Positions 8,651 to 18,641 of a stretch of DNA of 64,000 nt are shown piece after piece. How positions within the stretch are numbered: the first letter of the stretch is position 1; the number at the start of each line of letters is the position of its first letter. The stretch is from an uncultured Lachnospiraceae bacterium (GTDB taxonomy: Bacteria; Bacillota; Clostridia; Lachnospirales; Lachnospiraceae). A model generated the notes under the pieces. The model was not told the origin of the DNA. It did no database searches and was given only the letters and a program-made list of their open reading frames with translations. The position numbers were made by a program, and so were the translations under genes. Where the stretch lies: contig CACZNS010000027.1 in NCBI GenBank assembly GCA_902782575.1, positions 750-64,749 of the forward strand, given 5' to 3'.

Positions 8651-11600
8651 TTATACGATCTTTACATTTTCATCTCCGAGCATTTTTCTGAGCCGTTCGA
8701 ATATCTCCTCGGAATCCACCAGATATTTCAATTTTTTTTGTATCTTTTCTTTCTCAAAATAGAGAATGACTGTATCCACACCATGCGTATCCGTCACAAT
8801 CTGCTCCAGATCTTTCTGATTTTCTTCATATAAGGAAACATCTTTATACCTGAGAAAAAGCTTTTTCGGCATATCCTCAAACGCAAGGATCCGGTCTGCC
8901 GCAAGCTGGGCATCTCTTTCATCTTCTATCCTCACCCTGCCTTCCACAAAGATCTTGCGATCCATTGTCAGAAATTCTTTGAAAGCAGCATATGCTTTCG
9001 GCCATACGATCACCTCAACCGTCCCCACCAGATCTTCGATAGTGAGAATCGCCATGGTATCTCCCTTTTTAGTCTGCTTTATCCGAAGATCGGAAACAAT
9101 CCCTCCGATCATCTTCCTGGAGCCTTCCTCAAGAGAAATATTTCCGGTCTGTTCATCCCGGATAAAATCAGTGGTCATAGCAGTAATATTCCTCTTCCAG
9201 ACCTTTTCATATTCCTCCAGCGGATGTCCGGAAACATAAACGCCAAGCATTTCTTTTTCATAGCTTAAGAGCATTTCCTTGGGATATTCCCCTTCATCCG
9301 GCAGTTTCGCCTCAAATGCCTCTCCCGTATCAGTATCCTGCATCAGATCGAACAGCGACATCTGGCCGGAAAGATTCTTTTTCTTATCCTCCAGTACTCC
9401 GTCTATCATTCCGGCATATACTGTCATATACTGCTTTCTGGTCCCGCCCAGGGAATCCAGGGCTCCTGCCTTGATAAAACTCTCAATGGCTCTTTTATTG
9501 ACCTCCCGTCCCGCGACCCGTGTGATAAAGTCCAGCAGATCCCTATATTCGCCGTTCTTTTCCCGGTTTGATAGGACCGCTGCTATGACCGGCGCTCCGA
9601 CAGAACGGATCGCGGACAGTCCGTAACGGATCGCATCCTCTCCCTCGGCGGTAAATTCTCCTCTTCCTCTGTTGATGTCCGGCGGGAGGATCTGTATCCC
9701 CATGGATCTGCAGACAAGAATATACTCCGCCACTTTTCCCGCATTATCGATAAAGCTTGTCATCAGCGCTGCCATAAATTCGACCGGATAATAAGTCTTC
9801 AGCCAGGCAGTCTGCATGGTGACAAAAGCATAACATGCAGCATGCGATTTATTAAACGCATATTTCGCAAAATCCATCATATCGCCATAGATCTTTTTTG
9901 CAACATTCTCATCGATCCCTCGGGCGATACAGCCCGGCACCCCCTGTTCGGCATTTCCGTAAACGAAATTCGCCTGCTCTTCTTCCATGACATGCTGCTT
10001 TTTTTTGCTCATCGCACGTCTGACCAGATCTGCCCGTCCCAGCGTATAACCCCCAAGCTTCTGCACGATCTGCATAACCTGCTCCTGATAAACGATGCAG
10101 CCATAGGTGGAGCTAAGGATAGGCTCCAGCTCCGGGCAGTCATAACGAACATTTTCGGCATTATTCTTACCTTCTATATATTTCGGAATAAAATCCATCG
10201 GGCCGGGGCGATAAAGTGCGATTCCGGCTATGATATCCTCCAGGCTTCTGGGTTTTAACCGTTTCATGAAAACCTGCATGCCGCCGGACTCAAGCTGAAA
10301 GATCCCTTCTGTATTTCCGGTTCCGATATATGCCATGACCTTCGGGTCATCGTAGTCGATGGTGCTGATATCCAGATTCAGATCCGGATGTCTTTCATTC
10401 ACGGAATTTACCGCATCCTGAATAACGGTCAGGGTTCTTAATCCCAGAAAGTCCATCTTCAGGAGGCCAAGCTCCTCCAGCGGATCCTTGGTATACTGTG
10501 TCGTGATCTCCCCGTTCGCACCGCGGGAAAGAGGTACATATTCATCCGCATCCTCCGGTGTGATCAGGATCCCCGCAGCATGGATAGAGGTATGGCGGGG
10601 CAGACCCTCCAGGCGTCTGCACATATCGATGATTTCCCTGACCTCTTGATCCGTCTGATAAAGCTCCCGGAATTCATTATTCTCCTCCAGAGCTTTATCC
10701 AATGTGATATTCAGCTCGTTCGGCACCATTTTTGCCAGCTGATCGCCTCTGGAATAGGGCAGATCCATCACCCGGCATACATCGCGAATCACACCTTTGG
10801 CCGCAAGTGTGCCAAACGTTACGATCTGGACACATTTCGACCGTCCGTATTTCTCCACGACATAATCGATCACTTCCTGACGCCTGTCATCAAAATCAAT
10901 ATCTATATCCGGCATGGATACTCTTTCCGGATTCAGAAAACGTTCAAACAGAAGATTATATCTGATCGGATCGATCTCAGTGATCTCCAGACAATAAGAT
11001 ACGATCGAGCCCGCTGCCGATCCTCTCCCCGGGCCTACCGCTATGCCGTGATCCTTCGCAAAGCGGATATAATCCCAGACGATCAGGAAATAATCCACAT
11101 ATCCCATCTTGCGGATGATCTCCAGCTCTTCCTCCAGCCGCTTCCCAAGCTCACCGCCGTCATCCGGGTATCGTTTCTTCAGACCCTCGTAGGATAAATG
11201 CTTCAGATAACTCCAGGAATCATATCCTTCCGGTACTTCATAATGAGGAAGCTTGGTATTGTGAAATTCGATCTCCACATGGCAGCGATCCGCTATCCGC
11301 TGCGTTTCTTCCACCGCTTCCGGCGCATACGGAAAAAGCGCCCTCATCTCTTCTTCGGACTTCACGTAATACTGACCGCCGACATATTTCAATCGGTCGG
11401 TATCCGTCAGTTTTTTCCCGGTCTGAAGGCAAAGCAGGATATCATGCGGTTTCTCGTCTTCCCGGTAAGTATAATGACAATCGTTCGTCACGATCAGCGG
11501 GATGGACAGCTTTCTGGACATCTGAAGCAGAGTCTGATTTACCAGTCGCTGCTCCTCGATCCCATGATCCTGCAGCTCCAGATAGAAGTTTCCTTTTCCG

Positions 11601-12097
11601 AAGATCTCCTGATATTCCAAAGCAGCTTTTTCTGCTTCCTCAACAAATCCACGTCTGATATCGACGGCAATCTCCCCGGCCAGACAGGCAGAAGAGCAGA
11701 TGATCCCCTCGTGATACTTCCGGAGTATCTCCTTATCGACCCTGGGTTTATAATAGAAGCCTTCCGTAAATCCGATCGAGACGATCTTCATCAGATTATG
11801 ATATCCCAGGTCATTCTCCGCCAGAAGGATCAGATGATGATAGCGGTCATCGCCATGGCCTGCTTCCTTATCAAATCTGGTGCCGGGAGCGACATAGACT
11901 TCACATCCGATCACCGGATTGATCCCGGCTTCCCGGCAGGCTTTATAGAAATCGATCACACCGTACATAACGCCGTGATCGGTAATGGCTGCCGCCGTCA
12001 TACCGAGCTCCTTTACCCGGGAGACATATTCTTTTATTTTATTGGACCCGTCTAACAGAGAATACTCTGTGTGGGTATGTAAATGTACAAATGACAT
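8651..12097 (-). CDS. dnaE: DNA polymerase III alpha subunit
   Basis: PHP domain FVHLHTHT, GRGSAAGS, SMPDIDIDF, KMDFLGL, FNKSH; start MSFVHLH at 12097. Confidence 0.97.
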   Translation of the reverse strand: MSFVHLHTHTEYSLLDGSNKIKEYVSRVKELGMTAAAITDHGVMYGVIDFYKACREAGINPVIGCEVYVAPGTRFDKEAGHGDDRYHHLILLAENDLGYHNLMKIVSIGFTEGFYYKPRVDKEILRKYHEGIICSSACLAGEIAVDIRRGFVEEAEKAALEYQEIFGKGNFYLELQDHGIEEQRLVNQTLLQMSRKLSIPLIVTNDCHYTYREDEKPHDILLCLQTGKKLTDTDRLKYVGGQYYVKSEEEMRALFPYAPEAVEETQRIADRCHVEIEFHNTKLPHYEVPEGYDSWSYLKHLSYEGLKKRYPDDGGELGKRLEEELEIIRKMGYVDYFLIVWDYIRFAKDHGIAVGPGRGSAAGSIVSYCLEITEIDPIRYNLLFERFLNPERVSMPDIDIDFDDRRQEVIDYVVEKYGRSKCVQIVTFGTLAAKGVIRDVCRVMDLPYSRGDQLAKMVPNELNITLDKALEENNEFRELYQTDQEVREIIDMCRRLEGLPRHTSIHAAGILITPEDADEYVPLSRGANGEITTQYTKDPLEELGLLKMDFLGLRTLTVIQDAVNSVNERHPDLNLDISTIDYDDPKVMAYIGTGNTEGIFQLESGGMQVFMKRLKPRSLEDIIAGIALYRPGPMDFIPKYIEGKNNAENVRYDCPELEPILSSTYGCIVYQEQVMQIVQKLGGYTLGRADLVRRAMSKKKQHVMEEEQANFVYGNAEQGVPGCIARGIDENVAKKIYGDMMDFAKYAFNKSHAACYAFVTMQTAWLKTYYPVEFMAALMTSFIDNAGKVAEYILVCRSMGIQILPPDINRGRGEFTAEGEDAIRYGLSAIRSVGAPVIAAVLSNREKNGEYRDLLDFITRVAGREVNKRAIESFIKAGALDSLGGTRKQYMTVYAGMIDGVLEDKKKNLSGQMSLFDLMQDTDTGEAFEAKLPDEGEYPKEMLLSYEKEMLGVYVSGHPLEEYEKVWKRNITAMTTDFIRDEQTGNISLEEGSRKMIGGIVSDLRIKQTKKGDTMAILTIEDLVGTVEVIVWPKAYAAFKEFLTMDRKIFVEGRVRIEDERDAQLAADRILAFEDMPKKLFLRYKDVSLYEENQKDLEQIVTDTHGVDTVILYFEKEKIQKKLKYLVDSEEIFERLRKMLGDENVKIV

Positions 12098-12188
12098 GTT
12101 TCTATTATATAGCCATTGACGGGCAGACGCAAACATAGTAAGATGCTTTTGTAACAGTTGAGATCAAAACTTCATACTATTCGTATTT

Positions 12189-12303
12189 CTCTTATTCAGA
12201 GTGGTGGAGATGCAAAGGATCTGTGAAGCCACGGCAACCCCTGAGATCCGTACAGGACTCGGTGAAAGGTGCCTGCCTTGAGCGAGTGATCGAACAATGA
12301 GAG
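12189..12303 (+). ncRNA. SAM-I (S-box) riboswitch aptamer
   Basis: CTCTTATT..AATGAGAG P1, GAG..GGAG..TGAAG kink-turn arm, GGCAACC..GGTGCC P3; directly upstream of metK. Confidence 0.88.
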
Positions 12304-12323
12304 GGATTGATTATCGACATCGG

Positions 12324-12345
12324 TCCCGCGTAAGCGGGATTTTTT
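12324..12345 (+). terminator. riboswitch expression-platform terminator
   Basis: TCCCGC-gtaa-GCGGGA followed by T6, ahead of the metK RBS. Confidence 0.85.
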
Positions 12346-12362
12346 CATGAAAGGAGATTTAA

Positions 12363-13550
12363 ATGGAAAAAAGACTGTTTACCTCCGAATCCGTTACAGA
12401 AGGACATCCGGACAAAGTCTGCGACGCTATCTCTGATGCGATCCTGGACGAATGCATGCGTCAGGATCCAATGAGCCGTGTGGCTTGTGAAACAGCCACC
12501 TGCACCGGTTTTGTACTTGTTACCGGTGAGATCACAACCAAGGCTTATGTGGACATTCAGAAGATCGTCCGCGATACCGTAAAAGAGATCGGATATACCA
12601 AATCCGAGTATGGCTTCGACGGCAATACCTGTGCTGTGCTCGCTGCGATCGATGAGCAGTCGGCAGATATCGCCATGGGTGTGGATAAGGCTTTGGAGGC
12701 AAAAGAAAATCAAATGTCAGATGCCGAGATCGAGGCGATCGGAGCCGGCGATCAGGGTATGATGTTCGGTTACGCCACCAATGAAACACCCGAATATATG
12801 CCGTATCCCATCGCACTGGCTCACAAGCTCTGTCTGCAGCTTACCAAAGTCAGAAAAGACGGTACGTTAAAGTATCTTCGTCCCGACGGAAAATCCCAGG
12901 TTTCCGTTGAATATGATGAAAACGGAAAGCCCGTTCGTCTGGAAGCCATCGTCATCTCCACTCAGCACGATGATGATGTCACACAGGAACAGATCCACAA
13001 GGATATCCGGACTCATGTGATCGATCCGGTCGTCTCACAGAAACTGATCGATGATAAGACTAAGATCTTTATCAATCCGACCGGCCGCTTTGTCATTGGC
13101 GGACCTCACGGAGATGCCGGTCTTACCGGCCGTAAGATCATCGTCGATACCTACGGCGGATATGCCCGTCACGGCGGCGGAGCTTTTTCCGGCAAGGACT
13201 GCACCAAGGTTGACCGTTCGGCAGCTTATGCCGCTCGTTATGTGGCAAAAAACATTGTCGCATCCGGTCTGGCGGATCGCTGCGAGATCCAGCTCTCCTA
13301 TGCGATCGGTGTGGCACAGCCCACTTCCATCATGGCAGATACGGATGGAACAGGCAAGGTGTCCGATGAAAAGCTGGTTGATATCATCCGCGAAAACTTT
13401 GATCTCCGTCCTGCAGGGATCATCAAAATGCTGGATCTCCGTCGTCCGATCTATAAGCAGACAGCTGCTTACGGACACTTCGGCAGAACAGATATCGATC
13501 TTCCGTGGGAGAAGCTCGACAAGGTCAATGACCTGAAAAAATACCTGTAA
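12363..13550 (+). CDS. metK: S-adenosylmethionine synthetase
   Basis: [28 protein letters not shown]. Confidence 0.98.
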   Translation: MEKRLFTSESVTEGHPDKVCDAISDAILDECMRQDPMSRVACETATCTGFVLVTGEITTKAYVDIQKIVRDTVKEIGYTKSEYGFDGNTCAVLAAIDEQSADIAMGVDKALEAKENQMSDAEIEAIGAGDQGMMFGYATNETPEYMPYPIALAHKLCLQLTKVRKDGTLKYLRPDGKSQVSVEYDENGKPVRLEAIVISTQHDDDVTQEQIHKDIRTHVIDPVVSQKLIDDKTKIFINPTGRFVIGGPHGDAGLTGRKIIVDTYGGYARHGGGAFSGKDCTKVDRSAAYAARYVAKNIVASGLADRCEIQLSYAIGVAQPTSIMADTDGTGKVSDEKLVDIIRENFDLRPAGIIKMLDLRRPIYKQTAAYGHFGRTDIDLPWEKLDKVNDLKKYL

Positions 13551-13566
13551 CTATCGGGATATACCG

Positions 13567-13604
13567 AAAAACAGCCGGCGGATACAAATCTCGCCGGCTG
13601 TTTT
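13567..13604. terminator. bidirectional terminator between metK and murA
   Basis: AAAAACAGCCGGCG...CGCCGGCTGTTTT between convergent genes. Confidence 0.85.
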
Positions 13605-13633
13605 ATATTGCTTTTTGAATGTACTCTTCCTGA

Positions 13634-14953
13634 TCAGGAAACTACCCGCAGCTGAAGCTTTCGGATATCCTTTGAATCAGCTGCCTCATCAATCTGCGCA
13701 CCGAGGCGTCTAAGCTTTGTATCAAAATCCTCATATCCGCGCTGAATGAAATATATGTTGTCGATCACTGTAACGCCCTGTGCCGCAAGAGCCGCGATCA
13801 CAAGTGCAGCCCCAGCTCTTAAATCCGGTGCCGAAATATGTGCACCCGTAAAACCCTTTACTCCTTCTATGATCGCGGTATTACCTTCCACCCGGATGGC
13901 TGCACCCATCTTGATCAGCTCATCCACATAGCGGAATCTGTTCTCGAAAATACTCTCCGTGATCGTACTGACACCCTCTGACAGAGCAAGAGCCACTCCT
14001 GCCTGTGGCTGCATGTCGGTCGGATAGCCGGGATACGGAAGCGTTTTGATCTGTGTGGGTCTGAGGCGTTTGGACGCCACAACCCTCACCGCATCATCAA
14101 ACTCCTGCACCTCGCATCCGATCTCGATCAGTTTCGCGGTAATGGACTCCAAATGCTTCGGGATCACATTCTTGATCAGCACATCTCCCTGTGTGACAGC
14201 TGCCGCAAACATAAAGGTTCCTGCTTCAATCTGATCCGGGATCACGGAATAGGTACAGGCATGAAGCTTTTCTACACCTGAAATCCTGATCACATCGGTA
14301 CCGGCACCTTTGATGTTCGCTCCCATACTGTTTAAGAAGTTTGCCACATCAACAACATGGGGCTCTTTCGCTGCATTCTCTATAATCGTCCGACCCTCTG
14401 CCAGTGACGCTGCCATCATAATGTTGATCGTTGCGCCGACAGTAACGACATCCATGTAAATATGAGCTCCCTGAAGACGTTTGGCGGAAGCCTTTACAAT
14501 GCCGCCTTCAATCGACACTTCCGCACCAAGTGCCCGAAAACCCTTTACATGCTGGTCAATCGGACGACTTCCGATATCACATCCGCCAGGAAGCGGAACC
14601 TCCGCATTTCGATACTTTCCGAGCAGGGCACCCATCAGATAATAGGAAGCCCTGATCTTGCGGATGTTATCTGTGTCAATATTTACGTTTTTGACCATGG
14701 AACCGTTGATCTTTACGGTATGCCGATCCACTCTGTCGATCACCACGCCGATACCCTGCATTGCTTCCAGCATAACGTTGGTGTCCCGTACATCCGGCAT
14801 ATTATCTATCGTTACGGTTTCATCCGTCATGATCGCCGCCGCGACGATTGCAAGTGCCGCATTCTTTGCGCCGCCGATCTCCACTTCGCCAACCAGAGGA
14901 ATCCCTCCCCTGATCACGTAATGCTCTCCTCTTTTATCTCCCGATTTCTTCAT
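13634..14953 (-). CDS. murA: UDP-N-acetylglucosamine 1-carboxyvinyltransferase
   Basis: GAKNA, LPGGCDIGSRPID (active-site Cys), PTDMQ, DLRAGAAL. Confidence 0.95.
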   Translation of the reverse strand: MKKSGDKRGEHYVIRGGIPLVGEVEIGGAKNAALAIVAAAIMTDETVTIDNMPDVRDTNVMLEAMQGIGVVIDRVDRHTVKINGSMVKNVNIDTDNIRKIRASYYLMGALLGKYRNAEVPLPGGCDIGSRPIDQHVKGFRALGAEVSIEGGIVKASAKRLQGAHIYMDVVTVGATINIMMAASLAEGRTIIENAAKEPHVVDVANFLNSMGANIKGAGTDVIRISGVEKLHACTYSVIPDQIEAGTFMFAAAVTQGDVLIKNVIPKHLESITAKLIEIGCEVQEFDDAVRVVASKRLRPTQIKTLPYPGYPTDMQPQAGVALALSEGVSTITESIFENRFRYVDELIKMGAAIRVEGNTAIIEGVKGFTGAHISAPDLRAGAALVIAALAAQGVTVIDNIYFIQRGYEDFDTKLRRLGAQIDEAADSKDIRKLQLRVVS

Positions 14954-14965
14954 TAACTCTCCATA

Positions 14966-15820
14966 TTAAAAAAGACCAAGCACCAAACTGGCGATCATAA
15001 CACCTATACCGCCCAGATTCAGCACCAGAATGATCAAAACCCAGAGCATCATCGTTTTTACTCCGGAAATCTTTTTATCAAGCGATGCCCTCATGATATC
15101 AAGCTCATTCAACTTCTCAAGCCGGTTGATCGCCTGAAGCTGATCCAGAACCTTCAGACGCTCCATTGTTTTCGCCGATTCGTCCTGAACGACAGCCTGA
15201 ATATTCCGATACAGCTTAACATCTTCTTTATGAACATTATCTCCGATCGTTCCGGCCAGCTCTTCTCTGCCGGATGCGTTTATCTCTTCTATGATCTGCC
15301 GTGTGAGCTTCTCCTCTTCCGAAACAACGGCTATCTCGTGTTCGACCGGCTGATTTTTCGAAAGCTGTTCCTTGGAAAGCTGATCGCCCAAACGGTCGAT
15401 CGCTCCAAGGATCTGATTCGCATTATTACGGATCAATCCGTTTGTTTCATCGAACCCTGCGGCTTGAGCCTGAACCAGTGCCGAACCGAGCTTTTCCAGA
15501 TCCTCTGCCTGATGCCGCATATTCATGATGCTATCCTGCTGACCATAGCCGGACATCATTTCCTGTCTCTGATAACTCTGCGGCACTTCTTCCCGCCGGT
15601 AACCCCCTCCGGGCGGTTCCGGGGAACGGCGATATTCAGCATCCAGCGGCCTTCTGAAATCGATCTCCGAAGGACGGCGATAATCGGTATCTGAAGAGCG
15701 GCGGTAATCAGAATCAAACTGCTGCTCTCTTATCGGCATCTCTTCTCTGTCCCGATATGACGATCTGGAATTGTTTTGAAGATTGATCTTTTCGACCAGT
15801 CTGTCCATATAATTATCCAT
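14966..15820 (-). CDS. hypothetical protein with C-terminal TM anchor and N-terminal DxxYRR repeats
   Basis: 284-aa ORF 12 nt upstream of murA; hydrophobic C-terminus. Confidence 0.75.
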   Translation of the reverse strand: MDNYMDRLVEKINLQNNSRSSYRDREEMPIREQQFDSDYRRSSDTDYRRPSEIDFRRPLDAEYRRSPEPPGGGYRREEVPQSYQRQEMMSGYGQQDSIMNMRHQAEDLEKLGSALVQAQAAGFDETNGLIRNNANQILGAIDRLGDQLSKEQLSKNQPVEHEIAVVSEEEKLTRQIIEEINASGREELAGTIGDNVHKEDVKLYRNIQAVVQDESAKTMERLKVLDQLQAINRLEKLNELDIMRASLDKKISGVKTMMLWVLIILVLNLGGIGVMIASLVLGLF

Positions 15821-16066
15821 CAGCCTTTATCCTCTGGAAACTCTCTCTTTGGAATCCAACTCAAACAGCCCTATTTTAGCACCAATCGCATGGATGCGCA
15901 AATGCTTTAGCTTCTGTTGTATATTTTGCACCTGTTTCTCTTGTTTTTTACTCCCTTTTTGTTTATATTTACCAATTTTTAACACCGTGTTCACGGTTTA
16001 TTCATATCTGACGAATACTATAAGAAGCAGAGAAGGTAACAGATAGAAGATAATTTTTTCATAATA

Positions 16067-16094
16067 GCCTCGGCATCTTTCGGGATGCCGGGGC
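16067..16094 (-). terminator. terminator hairpin after the alarmone synthetase gene
   Basis: Minus strand GCCCCGGCATC-ccgaaa-GATGCCGAGGC. Confidence 0.6.
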
Positions 16095-16114
16095 ACTCCT
16101 CATTTTACGGTCGT

Positions 16115-16786
16115 TTATGGCACTATAAAAGGCGACAGATCCGTAACATCATCATCTGCCTCCTTGATCTCTTCGTTCAATGACATCATTTTCGCGTCAA
16201 GATCCGAGACCATTTCCGCACATTCAAAGAGTTCCCTCTTGATATGCTCGGGAACCACTCCTTCATATTTATAATTGATCTTATGTTCAAGACTTGCCCA
16301 GAAGTCCATAGCTACCGTCCTGATCTGGATCTCCACCTTTGTATCCACACTCCGGTCGGACAAAAAGATCGGTACCGATACGATCATATGGTAACTCTTA
16401 TAACCGCTGTCCTTGGGATTCTTGATATAATCTTTTATGGAATATACCCGGATATCGCTCTGCTTCGCCAGCATGTCCGCGATCCGGTAAATATCCGACG
16501 TAAAAGAGCAGATGATCCGGATCCCGGCAATATCGTTCACGTACCGGACCATATTCTCTATCGTTGATTCATATCCCCTTTTTTTTAACTTCTTGACAAT
16601 ACTTTCCGGTGTTTTTATTCTTGATTTGATATGTTCGATCGGGTTATACTGATGGACATGCTGAAATTCATCGTTCAGGATCTCCAGCTTTGTTCCGACT
16701 TCCTTAAGAGCGGAATTATACAGCAGGATAATTGTTTTCCAGCTGTCTACTCCTTCGTAGTTGTGATCTGTTTTTTCCATAAGCAA
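16115..16786 (-). CDS. small alarmone synthetase (GTP pyrophosphokinase, RelP/RelQ type)
   Basis: KSRIK..SI..K, DIAGIR, GYKSYH, EIQIRT..WASLEH. Confidence 0.92.
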   Translation of the reverse strand: MLMEKTDHNYEGVDSWKTIILLYNSALKEVGTKLEILNDEFQHVHQYNPIEHIKSRIKTPESIVKKLKKRGYESTIENMVRYVNDIAGIRIICSFTSDIYRIADMLAKQSDIRVYSIKDYIKNPKDSGYKSYHMIVSVPIFLSDRSVDTKVEIQIRTVAMDFWASLEHKINYKYEGVVPEHIKRELFECAEMVSDLDAKMMSLNEEIKEADDDVTDLSPFIVP

Positions 16787-16877
16787 TCCGACTCCGAATA
16801 CGGCAATATAGGAAAACCGTATATTAATTTTTATTTTAACACAAGATCCCTCTGATAGGGAAATAGTTTGATAGAAT

Positions 16878-17159
16878 ATGTTCAGACTCTGGGCAAAAGA
16901 ATGGAAAGATAATCATATGCTTCGCGACACTATGATCACGGATGAGACGGAAGATACCCGTACTCATAAGGTCTTTCGCGCCCTGCAAAATGTCTGCAGA
17001 GAATTTGATCTTTCCGTCCCGATCTGGCTGGATGCAAATACCGAAGAGTTTAAGAAACACGCAAAAACCAGATTCCGGTCCGATTCCTTTCTGGATGAAA
17101 TCCCCTTTGATTTCCTGGAAATACAGATCATAGAAGAAGATAACGGCGAAATAATATAA
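16878..17159 (+). CDS. conserved hypothetical protein
   Basis: 93-aa ORF MFRLWAK..TRTHKVF..FDL..PIWL..FDFLEIQIIEED, divergent from the synthetase gene. Confidence 0.75.
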   Translation: MFRLWAKEWKDNHMLRDTMITDETEDTRTHKVFRALQNVCREFDLSVPIWLDANTEEFKKHAKTRFRSDSFLDEIPFDFLEIQIIEEDNGEII

Positions 17160-17261
17160 CCCGCCCGACTTGCAAAGTCCGCCCCGATGTAGTATTATGA
17201 TCGTGCAATGTAGTTATCAATACTATGTGTTACGGTTTTGCTTATCCGGAGGGCGGAGTTA

Positions 17262-17981
17262 ATGGAAGGAATGGGGCGGATCAATTTAAATGCTACACGT
17301 TTTGGAGAGTTGCCGGGATCCATCTCGATCAAAGTACGGGAACCGGGTTCTGCTTTTACTCACGCTGCGGCTTTACTGCTTATGATGATCGGTGCCGGTC
17401 CGCTTATCATGAGGTCGGCAGAATACGGATCTGCTGTCACGATCTCTTCTATGTGGATCTTCCTTTTCAGCGCCTGTCTTCTCTATGGTGCCAGTACCGT
17501 TTACCACTCTGTTGTTTTAGATCAGAAAAAAACCCACCTGCTGCGTAAGCTTGACCATATGAGTATCAGTATCCTGATCGCAGGAACCTACACCCCGATC
17601 TGCCTTACCGCTTTGAAGGGGCGGACCGGATACCTCATGCTGACTGCCATCTGGATCCTCGCCTTTGCCGGTGTCATCATCAAGGCCTGCTGGATCACCT
17701 GTCCTAAGTGGTTCTCTTCTTTACTGTATATCGGAATGGGCTGGATGTGCCTTGCCGCTTTTCCGGCAATCCTGCATTCTCTGCCTCTTGCTGCCTTTCT
17801 GTGGCTGCTTGCGGGAGGCATCTTTTATACCATCGGCGCCGTCATCTATGCTCTGAAGCTCAGGGTTTTCAACGAAAATCATCTTTACTTCGGCTCCCAT
17901 GAGATCTTTCACTGCTTTATCATGGCAGGGACATTCTGTCACTATATGCTGATGTTTCACTATATAGCTTTCATATCTTAA
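17262..17981 (+). CDS. hemolysin III / PAQR (TrhA-like) membrane protein
   Basis: STVYH, DHMSI..AGTYTP, HEIFH metal-binding motifs; start uncertain. Confidence 0.9.
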   Translation: MEGMGRINLNATRFGELPGSISIKVREPGSAFTHAAALLLMMIGAGPLIMRSAEYGSAVTISSMWIFLFSACLLYGASTVYHSVVLDQKKTHLLRKLDHMSISILIAGTYTPICLTALKGRTGYLMLTAIWILAFAGVIIKACWITCPKWFSSLLYIGMGWMCLAAFPAILHSLPLAAFLWLLAGGIFYTIGAVIYALKLRVFNENHLYFGSHEIFHCFIMAGTFCHYMLMFHYIAFIS

Positions 17982-18137
17982 GGAACTGTCACGAAATTAA
18001 CCGCACATCTTGTACAGGATTTTTCTTCGAGAACGCAGGGCAGAACAAGGACGCATAGCGGGCTGTGTAACCGGATCCTATCCTGTGGTCCGAAGAAAAA
18101 GACCAGCAGGATGTGTAGATTAATTCCTGACAGTTCC
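17982..18137. mobile_element. MITE-like non-autonomous element (156 bp)
   Basis: Terminal IRs GGAACTGTCA..TGACAGTTCC extending imperfectly about 50 bp (TTTTTCTTCG/CGAAGAAAAA); flanked by TAA on both sides. Confidence 0.75.
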
Positions 18138-18171
18138 TAAATATTTCATCACATGTATTTCCAAATGACAC

Positions 18172-18199
18172 TTGACAAAGGAGAAGGATCATGTATAAT
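18172..18199 (+). promoter_or_regulatory. sigma-A promoter of the GntR-ABC operon
   Basis: TTGACA-16-TATAAT. Confidence 0.75.
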
Positions 18200-18226
18200 A
18201 AGTGTACTAATTGACATAGTACACTT
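18200..18226. promoter_or_regulatory. YtrA-type GntR operator
   Basis: AAGTGTACTA-N7-TAGTACACTT perfect IR, equal to AGTGTA-N13-TACACT; overlaps the predicted TSS. Confidence 0.8.
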
Positions 18227-18254
18227 GATCTTCAAATCAAATGAAAGGAGACCC

Positions 18255-18641
18255 ATGCTGATCGATGTTGATTTTCGGGACAAGCGTCCGCTATATGAAC
18301 AGATCTCATCAAAACTGGCAGAGCTGATCCTTCAGGGCGTGATCATTCCCGATGAGCCGCTGCCTTCGGTACGGGCACTGGCTGTAGAGCTTTCCATTAA
18401 TCCAAATACGATCCAGAAAGCATACAGTGTCCTTGAACAGCAGGGCTACACCTATTCCGTGTCGGGAAGGGGGAGTTTTGCGGCAAACGTGGAAAGTATA
18501 CTTCCGAAAAAAAGGGAAGAATTGTACAAAGAAGCGGATCTGCTTCTGAAAAAAGCCGCCACTTTGGGGATTTCCAATAAAGAGCTGGCGGAGTATTTTG
18601 AAAAAACCGGAAAGGAGATATGGGATGATAGAAACAGCTGA
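18255..18641 (+). CDS. GntR family (YtrA subfamily) transcriptional regulator
   Basis: PLYEQI..LPSVRALA..INPNTIQKAY..GRGSF; AGGAG RBS before ATG 18255. Confidence 0.92.
   Translation: MLIDVDFRDKRPLYEQISSKLAELILQGVIIPDEPLPSVRALAVELSINPNTIQKAYSVLEQQGYTYSVSGRGSFAANVESILPKKREELYKEADLLLKKAATLGISNKELAEYFEKTGKEIWDDRNS

Noticed and set aside
15984-15997. ACCGTG-tt-CACGGT palindrome upstream of the murA operon
   Set aside because: Single 6-bp-arm palindrome with no second copy or recognisable regulator; could be chance
17989-18192. 67-aa minus-strand ORF
   Set aside because: Lies across the MITE and the GntR promoter; no coding signal
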